From: Thermodesulfobacteriota bacterium
GTDB lineage: Bacteria > Desulfobacterota_D > UBA1144 > Nemesobacterales > UBA2774
Length of the DNA stretch: 36,609 bases
Direction: 5' to 3'
Assembly: GCA_044451425.1 (NCBI GenBank)
Contig: JBIOKC010000003.1
Location: 1-36,609 of the forward strand
Shown: piece after piece, positions 1-9,473 of the stretch
Layout of the letters: each line of letters opens with the position of its first letter
How positions within the stretch are numbered: position 1 is the stretch's first letter
The notes under the pieces: generated by a model
Databases searched by the model: none
Seen by the model: only the letters and a program-made list of their open reading frames with translations
What the model was told of the DNA's origin: nothing
Made by a program: the position numbers and the translations under genes

Positions 1-356
1 ATGCGCCTAGCGACAGGGGTCACTCTCTCAGGGGAGGGTTCGATTTTAGCTCTGACTTCTTCTTTCTGCTCCTCGACCTGTCTCGGGCTTTCCTTAGGCT
101 TTGCCGCCTCGCCTGCTTTGCCTTCTTCAATGATCCCAAGGACATCTCCCACCTCTACATCATCTCCATCTTTTTTTCTTATGCTGGTCAGTACTCCTTC
201 TTTCTCGGCGGCGATTTCGAAGTTCGCTTTTTCCGTCTCGAGCTCCACAAGAGGCTCCCCGATCTTGACCGGATCTCCTTCCGATTTGAACCATCTTACA
301 ATAGTCGCTTCTACGACCGATTCTCCCAGTTCGGGCACTGTTATATTTATAGACAT
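1..356 (-). CDS. sucB: Dihydrolipoamide succinyltransferase E2 of 2-oxoglutarate dehydrogenase (5' part only, runs off the window)
   Basis: Not in the ORF track. Manual translation from the ATG at 356 gives MSINITVPELGESVVEATIVRWFKSEGDPVKIGEPLVELETEKANFEI..., a lipoyl domain (ETEKA) followed by a linker and the start of a peripheral subunit-binding domain (TPVARR). It lies directly downstream of sucA. Confidence 0.9.
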   Translation of the reverse strand, partial: MSINITVPELGESVVEATIVRWFKSEGDPVKIGEPLVELETEKANFEIAAEKEGVLTSIRKKDGDDVEVGDVLGIIEEGKAGEAAKPKESPRQVEEQKEEVRAKIEPSPERVTPVARR

Positions 357-371
357 ATATTTCTCCGGTAG

Positions 372-3185
372 TTAGACGTTTTTTACCCAGGTGATGCCTA
401 ATTCATCGATGTGCGGAATCTGCTTTCCGATTGTGAAGCCCTGACGAATAAGTGCTTCCTGATTTACTTTGTGCATCGAAGCAATACCTTCAGCGGGGCT
501 AGAGTTCCTGCGCCTTCCCATGAAGTGAAGCGGGATCTGTCCCTTTATTAATTTCCTCAAGAACGGGTAGATGAACATCCATGCCCCCATATTCTCGGGT
601 TCTTCCTGGAGCCAGACGACTTCCTTGAGCTTGGAGTACCTGTTCAACGCGTTTTGGAGCATCGTTGCGGGTACGGGATATAGCTGCTCGAGCCTCGTGA
701 TTGCGATGTCCTTGGAATTCTGTTTCCTGATTTCACTTGAGGCCAGGTCTATGTAAACTTTGCCGCTGCAGAGTATCAACCGTTTTACGGATTTCGCATG
801 CCTGTCATCTATTTCATCGTCGATTAAGGGCTGCCATATTCCCTCCGAGAGATCCCTTAGCGATGAGAAAATGAAGGGGTTCCGGAGAAGGCCTTTCGGG
901 GTCATTACGATTAGAGGCAAAGGGTCTATTTCGAGCACTCCGGCCTGTCTTCTTAAGAGATGGAAATACTGTGCCGCAGTTGTGCAGTTCGCTATCCTCA
1001 TATTCACTTCCGCTGCGGAATCCAGAAATCTTCCCATTCGGCCGCTCGAATGGTCGGGCCCCTGACCTTCATAGGCATGCGGCAGGAGGAGTACGAGAGA
1101 AGGGGTCTGTCCCCACTTTGCTCTCGCGGAGACTACGTATTCGTCTATGATGGTCTGTGCGCCGTTTATAAAATCTCCATACTGAGCCTCCCAGATAACG
1201 AGCCTGTTGGGGGCCTGGATGTTATATCCGTATTCGAAACCTATGCAAGCGTTCTCGGTCAAAGGGCTGTTTAAAATTTCGAAAGCGGCAGTCGACTGCG
1301 GTATGTTCTGTAGCGGCGTATAAGTTTCACCGGTATTGAAATCATGAAGCACAGCGTGCCTGTGGCTGAACGTGCCCCTCTCTGCGTCCTGTCCCGTAAA
1401 ACGTATATACGTTCCGTCTGCGAGTATCGACGCAAATGCCAGCTCCTCAGCCATAGACCAGTCAATTGTCTTGTCGTCTATATTTGCGAGAGCGTTTTCC
1501 TTGCGCTCCCTCGTCCGTTTAAGTTTCGGGTTTGTAGTGAACCACTCCGGGAGTTCTAAAAGCGAAGCGTTAAGCTCCCTCAGTGTTTCAGCGGGCACGG
1601 AAGTGATAGTTTTTTGCGCCGCGCCGGCAGGAGGCCTGCCGGACAGGGATTCTTTCGGTACGTCCTGAGGGGTGAGGGATTCAAAATCACTATGCAGTAT
1701 TTCATTGTATTTACTTGCCAGTTTCTCACATTCTTCCTTGTACAATATTATCCGCTTTATACAGGTATCCGCCCAGAGTTCCCTTACTGTGGGGTGTTCG
1801 TCGATTATCTTGTACATTTCGGGCTGTGTGAAAGCGGGCTCGTCGGCTTCGTTGTGCCCGTGACGTCTGTAGCCCACAAGATCGATGAGGAAATCTTTTT
1901 TGAACAGTTTCAAGTAAGCGAATGCAAGGCGCGCGCATTCGATACAAGCTTCGGGGTCATCAGCGTTGACATGGACTATAGGGATCTCAAACCCTTTGGC
2001 GAGGTCGCTCGCGTAAAGAGTGCTTCGGCTCTCGCTCGGCAAAGCGGTATATCCGAGCTGGTTGTTGGTGATGATGTGAATCGTACCGCCCGTCAGGTAA
2101 CCTGGCAGTCTGCACATATTCAGGGTTTCCGATACTATGCCCTGCCCTGGGAATGCAGCATCCCCGTGTACAATTATGGGGAGAGAGAACTCCGGGTCAA
2201 ATGTAGGTGCACCTCTTCCATCCACCGTCGTGCCGGCTGCGCGCGCCATTCCCTCTACTACGGGGTTCACCGATTCTAGATGACTCGGATTTGGGGCGAG
2301 AGTAATCTGCATATCTATTTCCCTTCCGTTCTTTATAGCGTGGCGAGCCCCTTCGTGATACTTGACATCTCCGGTCCATCCCATGTAATCTCTGAAATCC
2401 CTTTCCAGAATCGGGTCCTTGAACTTTATCAGCGTCTCCCTGTAAGCCTTGTTCATGACATGATGCATGACATTGAGACGGCCCCTATGCGCCATGCCTA
2501 TTAGAATCTGATGTATGCCCGACTCCGCCGACAATCCGACTATCTCATTCATGATCGGAACGAGCATGTCGACGCCTTCTATGGAAAAACGGAATTTTCC
2601 GGGGAATATACGGTGTAGAAACTTTTCCAGCACTTCTACTTTGGTCAGGTTGTCGAGAAGCAGCTTTTCATTGATAGGATCCAATGGGGATTTGAACCTC
2701 CCTGTTTCCGCCGCCTCTCTGAGCCATTTCCTCTCTTCAAGTGAGTTTATATGATAATAATCATAACCCACCGTCGATGAATAGATTTTACGGAGCTCCT
2801 CAATCGCTTCATAGGCATTAGCGGTCTTATCCGACACCGGCTTTCCGATAAGGCTAGAGGGAAGTTGTACGAGGTCTTCTGGCGTGAGCCCGTGCGTGGA
2901 AAGTTCCAAAGAAGGATCACCCGGCGCCGCGCTGCCGAGCGGGTCTATTTTGGCGTTGAGGTGTCCAAAAGCCCTTATTGCCTGAGCGAGATTCGCCGTT
3001 GCAACGATTTTTTCGATATCGTGCTGGGTTATCTCGGCAGGCTTTTCTTCATATATCTCGGGGCGTAATTTATCAAATACAGCCCTTGTCGTTGAGTCTA
3101 CAGCGTTTGGGTCCCTGAGATAGCGTTCGTATAGCTCAAGCACATAACCTGAGTTAGGTCCGTGAAAAATATGGGAAATATCCAT
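372..3185 (-). CDS. sucA: 2-oxoglutarate dehydrogenase E1 component
   Basis: 937 aa with the motifs RFSIEG, GMAHRGRLN, GDVKYH, NPSHLE, TPP-binding HGDAAFPGQG, RHGHNEADEP, WEAQYGDF and PHAYEGQGPDHSSGR. Confidence 0.97.
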   Translation of the reverse strand: MDISHIFHGPNSGYVLELYERYLRDPNAVDSTTRAVFDKLRPEIYEEKPAEITQHDIEKIVATANLAQAIRAFGHLNAKIDPLGSAAPGDPSLELSTHGLTPEDLVQLPSSLIGKPVSDKTANAYEAIEELRKIYSSTVGYDYYHINSLEERKWLREAAETGRFKSPLDPINEKLLLDNLTKVEVLEKFLHRIFPGKFRFSIEGVDMLVPIMNEIVGLSAESGIHQILIGMAHRGRLNVMHHVMNKAYRETLIKFKDPILERDFRDYMGWTGDVKYHEGARHAIKNGREIDMQITLAPNPSHLESVNPVVEGMARAAGTTVDGRGAPTFDPEFSLPIIVHGDAAFPGQGIVSETLNMCRLPGYLTGGTIHIITNNQLGYTALPSESRSTLYASDLAKGFEIPIVHVNADDPEACIECARLAFAYLKLFKKDFLIDLVGYRRHGHNEADEPAFTQPEMYKIIDEHPTVRELWADTCIKRIILYKEECEKLASKYNEILHSDFESLTPQDVPKESLSGRPPAGAAQKTITSVPAETLRELNASLLELPEWFTTNPKLKRTRERKENALANIDDKTIDWSMAEELAFASILADGTYIRFTGQDAERGTFSHRHAVLHDFNTGETYTPLQNIPQSTAAFEILNSPLTENACIGFEYGYNIQAPNRLVIWEAQYGDFINGAQTIIDEYVVSARAKWGQTPSLVLLLPHAYEGQGPDHSSGRMGRFLDSAAEVNMRIANCTTAAQYFHLLRRQAGVLEIDPLPLIVMTPKGLLRNPFIFSSLRDLSEGIWQPLIDDEIDDRHAKSVKRLILCSGKVYIDLASSEIRKQNSKDIAITRLEQLYPVPATMLQNALNRYSKLKEVVWLQEEPENMGAWMFIYPFLRKLIKGQIPLHFMGRRRNSSPAEGIASMHKVNQEALIRQGFTIGKQIPHIDELGITWVKNV

Positions 3186-3259
3186 GTTTTCTTGCCCTTT
3201 TTGATTCGAATCGTCAGCTTCTGGACGGATTAGTATTAAAGTTTCAATTCACGCACAAT

Positions 3260-3287
3260 ATACTAGCACAGTAATATTTTTGTGCAA
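3260..3287 (-). promoter_or_regulatory. Putative sigma70 promoter for sucAB
   Basis: The minus strand reads TTGCAC-N16-TAGTAT with an extended -10 (TGcTAGTAT), about 75 nt upstream of sucA. It overlaps a GCACA-N10-TGTGC inverted repeat (3266-3285). Confidence 0.45.
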
Positions 3288-3437
3288 TCTCGCGGGGGCT
3301 AAAAGAATTTGCGGTTTCGAAGTATTTGTGATAGCAGCCGGACAGGTTGCAAATAGACGAATGGAGGGTAAAAACCGACGATAAGTTGCAGAATAATTTC
3401 CTTTTTATTACCACCTACAAGCCAGCAATCTCCTATG

Positions 3438-4316
3438 TTAACCCTTATACGATTCGATGAATTTCTCGTAATGCTCTCTGTGGCCATCGCGCCCGACCTT
3501 TTGCTGAGCAGGCGGGGGTTCGTTCTTGTTGAGAATGAGAGTTTCCAGTGAAGAGTGGTCGCCCTTAAATATCAATCCGATCGGTATCTTTCCCTCTTCT
3601 TTCAACTTGATGGCTCTTTGAAAAGCCATCCCTCGGTTAGTGGGATCATAACCTTTCTCTTCCTCGATGTTGTAGACCCTCGCCCGCCACTCGCGGTGAG
3701 TGTCATAATAGGTCACACATGGCGAGAGCACTTCTAGGAATGCAAAACCCTTTTTGGATTCCGTATGTTCGAGGGCTCTTTCCATCAAGCTTTCGAGCTG
3801 TTCCGAGTTCCCGCTGAATCCGCGGGCAATGAATGTCGCCGAGGGGAAGCTCAAGCCTAACAGTATCGAGTCCATGCCGGATTCGGGGTTGTCTCGGTAG
3901 CCGGTCGGGCTCGTGGGCGATGCCTGGCCCTTAGTCAGACCATAGTTACTGTTGTTCATTACAATGTAAGTGATACTGGGGTTGCTCTTGAATGTGTGTA
4001 CGAGGTGCCCCGCTCCTATCGCGTATCCGTCGCCGTCACCGCCTGTGGCGATTACCGTCAGGTCAGGGTTGGCGAGCTTTGCTCCTATGGCCGCAGGCAA
4101 TACTCTGCCGTGAAGCGCGTGGTAACCGTAGCAGGGCACATTATTCTGGATTGTACCCGAGCATCCGATCCCCGCCAGCATCATGAGCTTGTGCGAAGGG
4201 ATCCCCTTCTTATGCAGGGCTTTCTCAAGAACTCCCTGAACTGCGAAGTCTCCGCACCCGGCGCACCATATCGGTCTTGCGGGTTCGAAAGTTTTTGTAT
4301 GCGGCTCTGTGCTCAT
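3438..4316 (-). CDS. korB: 2-oxoacid:ferredoxin oxidoreductase beta subunit (KorB/PorB family)
   Basis: Motifs WCAGCGD, GIGCS, TPP-binding GGDGDGYAIG...MNN, YGLTKGQASPT and SPCVTY. Its start overlaps the alpha-subunit stop (ATGA). Substrate specificity cannot be determined from sequence. Confidence 0.92.
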   Translation of the reverse strand: MSTEPHTKTFEPARPIWCAGCGDFAVQGVLEKALHKKGIPSHKLMMLAGIGCSGTIQNNVPCYGYHALHGRVLPAAIGAKLANPDLTVIATGGDGDGYAIGAGHLVHTFKSNPSITYIVMNNSNYGLTKGQASPTSPTGYRDNPESGMDSILLGLSFPSATFIARGFSGNSEQLESLMERALEHTESKKGFAFLEVLSPCVTYYDTHREWRARVYNIEEEKGYDPTNRGMAFQRAIKLKEEGKIPIGLIFKGDHSSLETLILNKNEPPPAQQKVGRDGHREHYEKFIESYKG

Positions 4317-6118
4317 TGAAGCTTTGCCTCCTTTTTACGCTTCTTGATAAAATGACTTTCATGCTCGAGAACCCTTTTAGCTAGCTCCGCTGGTTTGAAT
4401 GGAACCCCATCATATTTCAATACGCTGATCAGCTTGTCTGGGTCGGCTCCTTGGTGCATAAATATATGCGCAAGTTGTGCCTGCGCGTTAAGCTCCACTA
4501 CGTATACCCTCTTGCACGTGTCGATGTACTCGTGTATTTCTTCGAGGACGGGCCATATGGTTCTTGGCTGTAAGTATTGAGTCTTGATCCCTTCCCTCTC
4601 TAAATCTTCCATCGCTTCAAGTATAACTCCGAATAATGAACCGATACCTATGAATCCTATACCTGCTTTTCGGTTGCCGAAGTGCCGTGCCTTAGGCAGT
4701 TCCTTTTTCGCGAATTCCAGCTTCCCCATGCGTTTATTCATCATCTTGACGCGATTTATCGGGTCAGTCGATACGAGTCCCCATTCGTTATGCTCGTTTC
4801 CGGTAACGAGGGAGAGACCCCCGGGCGTACCCGGCACTGCGAGAGGTGAAACGTTGTCCTCGGTGAACTGGTAGCGTTTGTAAGCTTCCATATTTTCGAG
4901 ATCTTTTTGTTCGAGCCGTTTCCCGGGAATCGCGCTAACTCCGTCCAGGTTAAACGGTTCGACTGTTGCAACATTTTGCGATAAAGCCTGATCCATTGCT
5001 ATGAATACCGGACACTGGTATTTGTCGGCAAGGTTCGTGCCCTCGACAGTAAGGGAAAAACAATCTTCCGGGTGTCCGGGCGCCACCACAATACGGGGGA
5101 AGTCACCGTGTCCACCATAGACCATGAGGTTGAGATCGCTCTGCTCGGGCTTGGTCGGCATACCCGTACTCGGTCCCGAGCGCTGACAGTCGACTATTAC
5201 GAGCGGTATTTCTCCCGAACCGGAGTGCCCGACCCCCTCCTGCATCAGGGACAACCCCGGACCCGAAGTAGCCACCATCGCTCTTGTTCCGGTAAGCGCT
5301 GCGCCTAGCGCCATATTTATACCGGCGAGCTCGTCTTCGGTCTGTCTAGCGACTCCTCCCACGCGGGGGAGCCATTTCTGCAGGGTTTCCAGAACTTCCG
5401 ATGACGGCGTAATAGGGTAGCCGCAAAAGAACCTGCCTCCTGCGACCATGAAACCGAATGCGATGGATTCATTGCCCGTGATTAAAAGACGCTCTTCGGG
5501 CGCTGTGTGCTTTATCTTATACAGACCTTCACCCTCATGTAAATTCATCTCGTCCGCTAGATGAAAGCCCAAACCCAGTGCCTCGAGGTTATATTCGAGA
5601 ATGACCTGCCCCATTCTCTTAAAGTGGCTGATAAATGTCTCGCGCAGGATCTCGTCCTCGAGTCCCAGGATGCGTCCCACGACCCCAAAGGCTATACTAT
5701 TCTTATACAGCTCCCGGCGCATGGTGCGCATTGCGATTCTGTTGAACGGAGCCGAATAAACTTTCGTTCCATTTGGGAGTACGGACGGGACAGGCCCCCC
5801 CGAGTCGTCGTATAAAACTACGCTTTTGGGATCGAGTTGACGGGCATTCTTTTGAACGGCTTCGTCGTCGAGGGCCACGAGGAGGTTGATATTGCTTCCT
5901 ATGCAGTAACTATTCTTTGCCGATGCCCTCATTGTGGCGGCCGCGTGACCTCCCCTGATTCTCGACAGCACGTCCCTTTCGGTATATACATTAAGTCCGT
6001 TTGTTCTCAAGAGTCCGGCGAGCATCGTTATAACGGTAAGCGAGCCGTCGCCGCCCTGGCCAGCTACGATTATGTTCACGTCGTCTAAAATAGGCCGGTT
6101 GTCATTATTAGAGCTCAT
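4313..6118 (-). CDS. korA: 2-oxoacid:ferredoxin oxidoreductase alpha subunit with fused gamma domain (KorA family)
   Basis: 601 aa. N-terminal gamma domain (GQGGDG, SRIRGGH), then GYPITP, QTEDE, ATSGPGLSLM and QRSGPSTGMPT. Confidence 0.92.
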   Translation of the reverse strand: MSSNNDNRPILDDVNIIVAGQGGDGSLTVITMLAGLLRTNGLNVYTERDVLSRIRGGHAAATMRASAKNSYCIGSNINLLVALDDEAVQKNARQLDPKSVVLYDDSGGPVPSVLPNGTKVYSAPFNRIAMRTMRRELYKNSIAFGVVGRILGLEDEILRETFISHFKRMGQVILEYNLEALGLGFHLADEMNLHEGEGLYKIKHTAPEERLLITGNESIAFGFMVAGGRFFCGYPITPSSEVLETLQKWLPRVGGVARQTEDELAGINMALGAALTGTRAMVATSGPGLSLMQEGVGHSGSGEIPLVIVDCQRSGPSTGMPTKPEQSDLNLMVYGGHGDFPRIVVAPGHPEDCFSLTVEGTNLADKYQCPVFIAMDQALSQNVATVEPFNLDGVSAIPGKRLEQKDLENMEAYKRYQFTEDNVSPLAVPGTPGGLSLVTGNEHNEWGLVSTDPINRVKMMNKRMGKLEFAKKELPKARHFGNRKAGIGFIGIGSLFGVILEAMEDLEREGIKTQYLQPRTIWPVLEEIHEYIDTCKRVYVVELNAQAQLAHIFMHQGADPDKLISVLKYDGVPFKPAELAKRVLEHESHFIKKRKKEAKLQ

Positions 6119-7395
6119 TTAGATGCGTTTCCTCCGTTAGCGGGGTTATAGTCTTTGTAAAGCGTCTTGGGGTTCGTGTTACCCATCTCTATCCTCTCCT
6201 GTAGTGTGGGCATCAAAGCAGGAAGCGGTTTATTTCTCTTCTGATGGCATAGTTTTATCAGCAGATCTTTCGCTCTGGGTTCCGATTCGACAGGCTTTAT
6301 TTCGAAGAGTCCGTCGTCAACGGCGGCCTGAAATGCTTTGTGCCCGGCCTCCGTTCTCACAGCGACGAAAGTCCAGCCGTCAAGACCTATTCCCCCGACC
6401 CCTATATCCGAATGCTCGGCAGAGTAATCCAGGCAGTAGAGGCATGCAGGCCGTGCGAACTGGTGGAAGTCCTTTAGTTTCATTATTATCTCGCGGCCGT
6501 CCCTGAGCGTTATTATTACCTTCCCCTTTACGTTCACGTTCACTATATCTTTTGGCTCCACGTTGAGGGTGTCCGCGATGTATTGAATATGTTCATGCGT
6601 AAAGCTTTCGGAACAAAAAAGCCCTATTACGAGAGTGACATTTTTTTGATACCATTTCGCCACCTCAAGGCGTATGCTGCTGTATTGCTGCTGACGTACT
6701 CCGTCTACCTGGCATGGCACGCCCACTACCGCTATGGGATGTATGTCCTTCCTCATCGCCTCCGTCAGGGCGACGGTATTGGGCGAATATGTATATCGAG
6801 AGCCGCTGCAGGACAAAATTTCCTCAGGTGTGGTGGCGAGCTTATGAATCCCTACCTGTGGGTTTTCCGGGAGCACGTCCCCGAGCACGGCGCCCTTGAT
6901 CGTTCCTTTGTTGAGGGCGTGTACGAGGAGTGCACTCGTCACACCTCCGTCCTGGCCGCGCTTCAGAAATTCCTGGTCCTTCGCGCGTGCGATAACGGCG
7001 TAATTGTAGGGTCCGAACCCCTCATCTATTATAGGTTTTTTAAATCCGAGAAGTGTTTTGAGGTCTTTGTCCAGGGGTCTCAGTACGGGGCAGACGTCGG
7101 CACACAATTCACAGAACACGCATGCGTCGTTTCTCGTGTCTACCGGGTGCTCGTCCTTATAGTCGAATACGTCAGTGGGGCATATAGTCACACACGCAGC
7201 GCAACCGACACATTTACCCGTGTCCACTATCTCGCGCATCAGGAAATCGACCGCTTTGAACCCGCCGCGGTTGATTTCCGATCTCCAGGCATAAGCCCAT
7301 TCATAAGGATCGACTCCCTCTTCGAGCATATAGCGGTATTTCTCCTGAACGGCGCGTACCAGTTTCTCATCCCTGCTTAATTCTTCATTGCTCAT
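6115..7395 (-). CDS. FrhB/FdhB-family (coenzyme F420 hydrogenase beta-like) Fe-S flavoprotein with an N-terminal 2x[4Fe-4S] ferredoxin domain
   Basis: Two ferredoxin motifs (CVGCAACVTICP, CVFCELCADVCP) and FrhB motifs GQDGGVTSALL, GSRY, VVGVPCQ, IGLFCSESF, CLYCLDY and DIGVG. The ATG at 7395 follows a GAGGGAG RBS. Its stop overlaps the korA start (ATGA). Confidence 0.85.
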   Translation of the reverse strand: MSNEELSRDEKLVRAVQEKYRYMLEEGVDPYEWAYAWRSEINRGGFKAVDFLMREIVDTGKCVGCAACVTICPTDVFDYKDEHPVDTRNDACVFCELCADVCPVLRPLDKDLKTLLGFKKPIIDEGFGPYNYAVIARAKDQEFLKRGQDGGVTSALLVHALNKGTIKGAVLGDVLPENPQVGIHKLATTPEEILSCSGSRYTYSPNTVALTEAMRKDIHPIAVVGVPCQVDGVRQQQYSSIRLEVAKWYQKNVTLVIGLFCSESFTHEHIQYIADTLNVEPKDIVNVNVKGKVIITLRDGREIIMKLKDFHQFARPACLYCLDYSAEHSDIGVGGIGLDGWTFVAVRTEAGHKAFQAAVDDGLFEIKPVESEPRAKDLLIKLCHQKRNKPLPALMPTLQERIEMGNTNPKTLYKDYNPANGGNASK

Positions 7396-7793
7396 AATCA
7401 ACACTCCCTCTTAGATTATTCTGCAGAATTACGTTTATCGGTAAATATATTTATGCAACTTGGCGGGTCATGTTACGTCAAAGTACGGCTTAACAGTATT
7501 CTAGCCCTCAAGTCGTATAAAAAATAGCTTTTTTGCACAATATTAGCCGAGTTAGTTGATTAATTTCTATTCCTTTACCATAGCTAACAATAGTATATCA
7601 GTTTTTTATCATAGTAAGTGTATTTAGTCAATGTAAAAATACCATGCTTTGCGAGCTTTGCGAAAGATCATGGAAAGCCCGTCACCTTGGGATCTCGGCA
7701 AAATGTTTGGATTAGAATTACTAGACAGTTATTCTATTTCTTGATATCGACCGCCCGGGTTGAAGGTATAGTTGTGTCAGAGACGATTTTGAG

Positions 7794-8720
7794 ATGGTAA
7801 ACGTCCAGAATCTAACTAAACGTTACGGTAATCTCGTCGCTGTAGAAAGTCTGTCGTTCCGGCTCGAAAGGGGAGACGTACTGGGCTTTCTGGGCCCGAA
7901 CGGCGCCGGAAAAACAACTACAATGCGCATCATTACGGGTTACATGCCCCCCACCAAAGGCTCTGTTCATATCGAGGGCGTGGATATCTTCGATGATCCT
8001 ATGCAGGCTAAAAAGCTTATTGGGTATCTTCCTGAAAACCCGCCCCTTTATAACGATATGACCGTAGCCGAGTACCTCGATTTCGTAGCTGACATCAAGC
8101 AGGTTAAAAAAAAGGACAAGAAGAACAAGATATTTTATGTCCTTGAGAAATGCGGCCTCTCCGAAGTCAGGAAACGTCTTATAGGCCATCTGTCCAAAGG
8201 GTACAGACAGCGTGTGGGAATAGCGCAGGCTCTTGTAAATAACCCGCCGGTACTGGTTCTGGACGAGCCCACTATCGGGCTCGACCCGGTGCAGATTATA
8301 GAGATAAGGGACCTTATAAAAAGCCTCTCCGGCGATCGCACGGTCATACTTAGCACTCATATACTCCCGGAGGTTACGATGATATGCAGCAGGGTCGTGA
8401 TAATCAACGAAGGGAAGATAGTGCTTGAGGAGTCGCTTGAGAATCTCACTGCGAGCATGAGGAATTCTCAGAATATATTACTAAGAGTAAGGCGGAACGG
8501 AGACAAAGTGAGGGAAAAGATTCTCTCAGTCAAAGGAGTGGCGGCCGTGAAGTCGGGCCCTTCAGGCGAATATATTATCACTCCGTCGAATGGTATGGAA
8601 ATCAGAGAAGAGATTGCGAGGCTCGTGGTGGAGAACGATCTCGGTCTTCTTGAGCTGAGACCGTTTGCGAATACGCTTGAAGAAATATTTCTCAAGGTGA
8701 TATCTTCTGAAGGGAATTGA
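7794..8720 (+). CDS. ABC transporter ATP-binding protein (GldA-like)
   Basis: Walker A GPNGAGKTT, signature LSKGYRQR, Walker B LVLDEPT and H-loop STH. Confidence 0.93.
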   Translation: MVNVQNLTKRYGNLVAVESLSFRLERGDVLGFLGPNGAGKTTTMRIITGYMPPTKGSVHIEGVDIFDDPMQAKKLIGYLPENPPLYNDMTVAEYLDFVADIKQVKKKDKKNKIFYVLEKCGLSEVRKRLIGHLSKGYRQRVGIAQALVNNPPVLVLDEPTIGLDPVQIIEIRDLIKSLSGDRTVILSTHILPEVTMICSRVVIINEGKIVLEESLENLTASMRNSQNILLRVRRNGDKVREKILSVKGVAAVKSGPSGEYIITPSNGMEIREEIARLVVENDLGLLELRPFANTLEEIFLKVISSEGN

Positions 8721-9473
8721 ATGAAGCCGTTTTATACTATTGTTAAAAGGGAATTGAGGTCTTATTTCGCTTCTTCGCTCGCATACATAATTCTAGTGGT
8801 ATTTCAGGTAATCTCGGCCAGGTTCTTTTTTCTCTATCTGCAGGGGTTCCTCCAGTTCCAGTTCGACCCGAAGTATCAGCTGCAGACAGGGGAGCTGAAC
8901 CTGAATAATCTGGTTGTGCTTCCGTACTTCGGGACAATAAGCATCGTACTTCTGCTCATCGTGCCCCTTATAACCATGAGACTCATCTCCGACGAGAAAA
9001 AGAACTATACTGCGGAGCTGCTCTTCACCTCTCCCGTAAGTATACGCACCATAGTTTTGGGAAAGTTTGTCGCTTCTCTCATTCTTCTCCTAATAATGCT
9101 GGTTTTGTCGTCGATTAATATATTCGTGCTGATGGTTCACGGCAACCCGGATCTGGGAGCCGTATTTTCCGGCTATATAGGTCTTCTGCTGCTGGGCGCT
9201 TCATTCCTATCGGTCGGCATTTTCGCGTCATCGCTTACCGAGAACCAGCTAATAGCGGCCGTTATAAGCTTTGGGGTGCTGCTTCTGCTCTGGCTGGTGG
9301 GCGCTCTGTCGGACGCCGAGACTTCTGTGCTTGGGTACCTCTCGGTTATCAATCATTACGAGGACTTCAGTAAGGGGTTGATAGAGCTTAAAGACGTGGT
9401 CTATTATCTCTCTCTGATTTTCTTTGGCCTTTTTCTCACCTGTACCTCGCTCGAATCGGAGAGGTGGAGATGA
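8721..9473 (+). CDS. ABC-2 type permease (GldF-like)
   Basis: About six hydrophobic segments, motifs PLITMR...EKK..T.ELL.T.P and LGKF, and adjacency to the ATPase. Confidence 0.88.
   Translation: MKPFYTIVKRELRSYFASSLAYIILVVFQVISARFFFLYLQGFLQFQFDPKYQLQTGELNLNNLVVLPYFGTISIVLLLIVPLITMRLISDEKKNYTAELLFTSPVSIRTIVLGKFVASLILLLIMLVLSSINIFVLMVHGNPDLGAVFSGYIGLLLLGASFLSVGIFASSLTENQLIAAVISFGVLLLLWLVGALSDAETSVLGYLSVINHYEDFSKGLIELKDVVYYLSLIFFGLFLTCTSLESERWR

Noticed and set aside
1-375. 124-aa + strand ORF in the track
   Set aside because: It is the antisense shadow of the sucB lipoyl domain on the minus strand.
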